59,501 bases of DNA, from positions 12,081 through 71,581 of the forward strand of contig CAZBMQ010000006.1 of assembly GCA_964493485.1 (NCBI GenBank), in the 5' to 3' direction. The notes below the pieces were generated by a model. That model did not search any database. It was not told the origin of the DNA and worked only from the letters and a program-made list of their open reading frames with translations. Below are positions 57,736-59,501 of this stretch, piece after piece. Position numbers and translations under genes: made by a program. The stretch's first letter is position 1, and each line of letters starts with the position of its first letter. Source of the stretch: an uncultured Candidatus Saccharibacteria bacterium. GTDB lineage: Bacteria; Patescibacteriota; Minisyncoccia; Minisyncoccales; JANBVM01.

Positions 57736-58959
57736 ATGCTGGATATAAAATTTATTCGTCAAAATCCAGAAAAAATTAAAGAAGGGTGCAGGAAAAAACA
57801 GGTTAATGTGGATATTGATAGGCTTTTAGAGATAGATAAAAAGAGGAGAACCTATCTGCAGGAAGTGGAAGCTTTACGAGCAGCCCAGAATAAACTTGGT
57901 AAAAATGAGATTGAAAAAGCTAAAGAAATAAAATCAAAGATAAAAGAAATAGAGCCTGAGTTAAAAAGAATAGAAAAGGAATTTAATGAGTTAATGTTAC
58001 AGATTCCAAATTTACCTTTTGATGAAGTACCCGAAGGTAAAGATGAAGAAGAGAATGTGGTATTGAGAGAAGTTGGGGAAAAACCTCAATTCGATTTCCC
58101 TTTTAAAGACTATTTAGAGATTTCTCAGAAACTTGATTTGATTGATGTAAAAAGAGCAGCTAAAGTTTCAGGGAGTAGGTTTGGGTTTTTAAAAAATGAA
58201 GCCGTTTTATTAGAATTTGCTTTAATCAATTTTGTTTTTGAGGAATTAAAGAAGGAAAGATTTATTCCTGTAATTCCTCCAGTAATGATAAAACCCGAAA
58301 TGATGGAAGGAATGGGTTATGTTGAAAGAGGAAGAGATGAGATATATTTTATTGAAAAAGATAATCTTTATTTGGTTGGTACCTCAGAACAAGTTATAGG
58401 GCCAATGCATTCTGGAGAAATTTTTGAAAGAAAGGATTTACCTAAAAGATATGTCGCTTTTTCTTCTTGCTTCAGAAGAGAAGCAGGTTCTTACGGAAAA
58501 GATACCAGAGGCATATTAAGAGTTCATCAATTTGATAAAATAGAGATGTTCATTTTCTGTGAACCTTCTGATTCTAAGAAAGAACATGAATTTTTACTTT
58601 CATTAGAAGAGAAGTTTATGCAGGCCTTAGACATTCCATATAGAGTAATTCAGATATGTACTGGAGATTTAGGCGATCCGGCAGCTGCGAAATATGATAT
58701 AGAGGCTTGGATTCCTTCAGAAAATCGTTATAGAGAAACTCATTCTACTTCGAACTGTACTGATTTTCAAGCGAGGAGACTGAATATAAAATATAGAGAC
58801 GAAGAAGGGAAATTGGCCTTTGTTCATACTCTTAATGGAACAGGACTTGCTATAGGAAGGACTTTAATCGCCATTATAGAGAACTATCAGCAAAAAGACG
58901 GGAGTGTAAAAGTACCTGAGGTCCTGCAAAAATATACAGGATTTGACAAAATAGGGTAA
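57736..58959 (+). CDS. serS: Seryl-tRNA synthetase
   Basis: MLDIKFIR, LVGTSE, FRREAGSYGKDTRG, VHQF.K.E, HTLNGTG..IGR. Confidence 0.97.
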   Translation: MLDIKFIRQNPEKIKEGCRKKQVNVDIDRLLEIDKKRRTYLQEVEALRAAQNKLGKNEIEKAKEIKSKIKEIEPELKRIEKEFNELMLQIPNLPFDEVPEGKDEEENVVLREVGEKPQFDFPFKDYLEISQKLDLIDVKRAAKVSGSRFGFLKNEAVLLEFALINFVFEELKKERFIPVIPPVMIKPEMMEGMGYVERGRDEIYFIEKDNLYLVGTSEQVIGPMHSGEIFERKDLPKRYVAFSSCFRREAGSYGKDTRGILRVHQFDKIEMFIFCEPSDSKKEHEFLLSLEEKFMQALDIPYRVIQICTGDLGDPAAAKYDIEAWIPSENRYRETHSTSNCTDFQARRLNIKYRDEEGKLAFVHTLNGTGLAIGRTLIAIIENYQQKDGSVKVPEVLQKYTGFDKIG

Positions 58960-58966
58960 ATTAATT

Positions 58967-59501
58967 ATGGAGGAAAAGACTCTTTTTATTAATAATTTAG
59001 AGGCTAACTTTAAGATAGCAGGCCAGGGTCCTGCTGTTTTAATTCTGCACGGATGGGGAGGATCTTCTGATTCTTGGATTAAAATTCAAGAAATTTTGTC
59101 AGAAAAAGGATATAAGATAATTTGTCCTGATTTTCCTGGATTTGGAAAAAGCAAAACCCCCAATGAAGCTTGGAGCGTTGCAGATTATGCAAGATGGTTA
59201 AATAGATTTATAGAATCTCAAAAATTAGATAATTTTTTTATTTTGGGTCATTCTTTTGGAGGGAGAGTGGCAATAAAGTTTGTTGTAATGTTCCCTGAAA
59301 AAATAAAAGGATTGATTCTATGTGATTCAGCTGGTATTAAACATAAGCCAGACTTAAAGACAAAAATTATTTTTGAACTGTCTAGGATAGGAAATATGGT
59401 TTTTAGTCCAAGACTTTTAACAAGATTCAAAGACACAGCAAGAAATATTTTTTATATTTTTTTACGACGGAAAGATTATGTAAAAGCTAATGGAATTATG
59501 A
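58967..59501 (+). CDS. Alpha/beta hydrolase (truncated by window end)
   Basis: ATG 58967; LHGWGG, PDFPGFGKS, GHSFGG nucleophile elbow; open to the window edge. Confidence 0.9.
   Translation, partial: MEEKTLFINNLEANFKIAGQGPAVLILHGWGGSSDSWIKIQEILSEKGYKIICPDFPGFGKSKTPNEAWSVADYARWLNRFIESQKLDNFFILGHSFGGRVAIKFVVMFPEKIKGLILCDSAGIKHKPDLKTKIIFELSRIGNMVFSPRLLTRFKDTARNIFYIFLRRKDYVKANGIM

Overview
AT-rich, densely coded 59.5-kb housekeeping window using genetic code 11, with almost everything on the + strand (only rnpB, prfA and rpmE on -). The divergent 16S, non-canonical anti-SD tail, rRNA intron and minimal translation factors point to a Patescibacteria/CPR (Parcubacteria-like) genome; this is inferred, not database-checked. 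Content: secA; a VirD4-like ATPase module; pgk, recJ-like, rnhA, RNase P RNA, murJ, lepA, frameshifted prfB, ftsEX and a divergent ftsZ; trxB, eno, apgM; an Rrf2-iscS-iscU-mnmA-thiI cluster; a thiol-redox cluster; gap-acs-ppsA-fbp-aldolase; rplY, prfA, rpmE, rpsB, tsf; six tRNAs; a split 16S / 23S-5S locus; mreCD-PBP2; lysS and serS. Best leads: (1) an 863-nt group IIC-like intron in the 16S decoding region that carries a LAGLIDADG nuclease instead of an RT, has a 5' extension and has no canonical branch point; (2) a promoter, Met-rich leader peptide and terminator/antiterminator (attenuator-like) directly upstream of the 23S-5S genes; (3) protein genes whose stop codons lie inside tRNAs; (4) heptamer-periodic palindromic repeats found both between genes and in frame inside lepA and rpsB; (5) loss of the CCUCC anti-SD with apparently leaderless genes. 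All structures were read by eye, with no folding or database searches.
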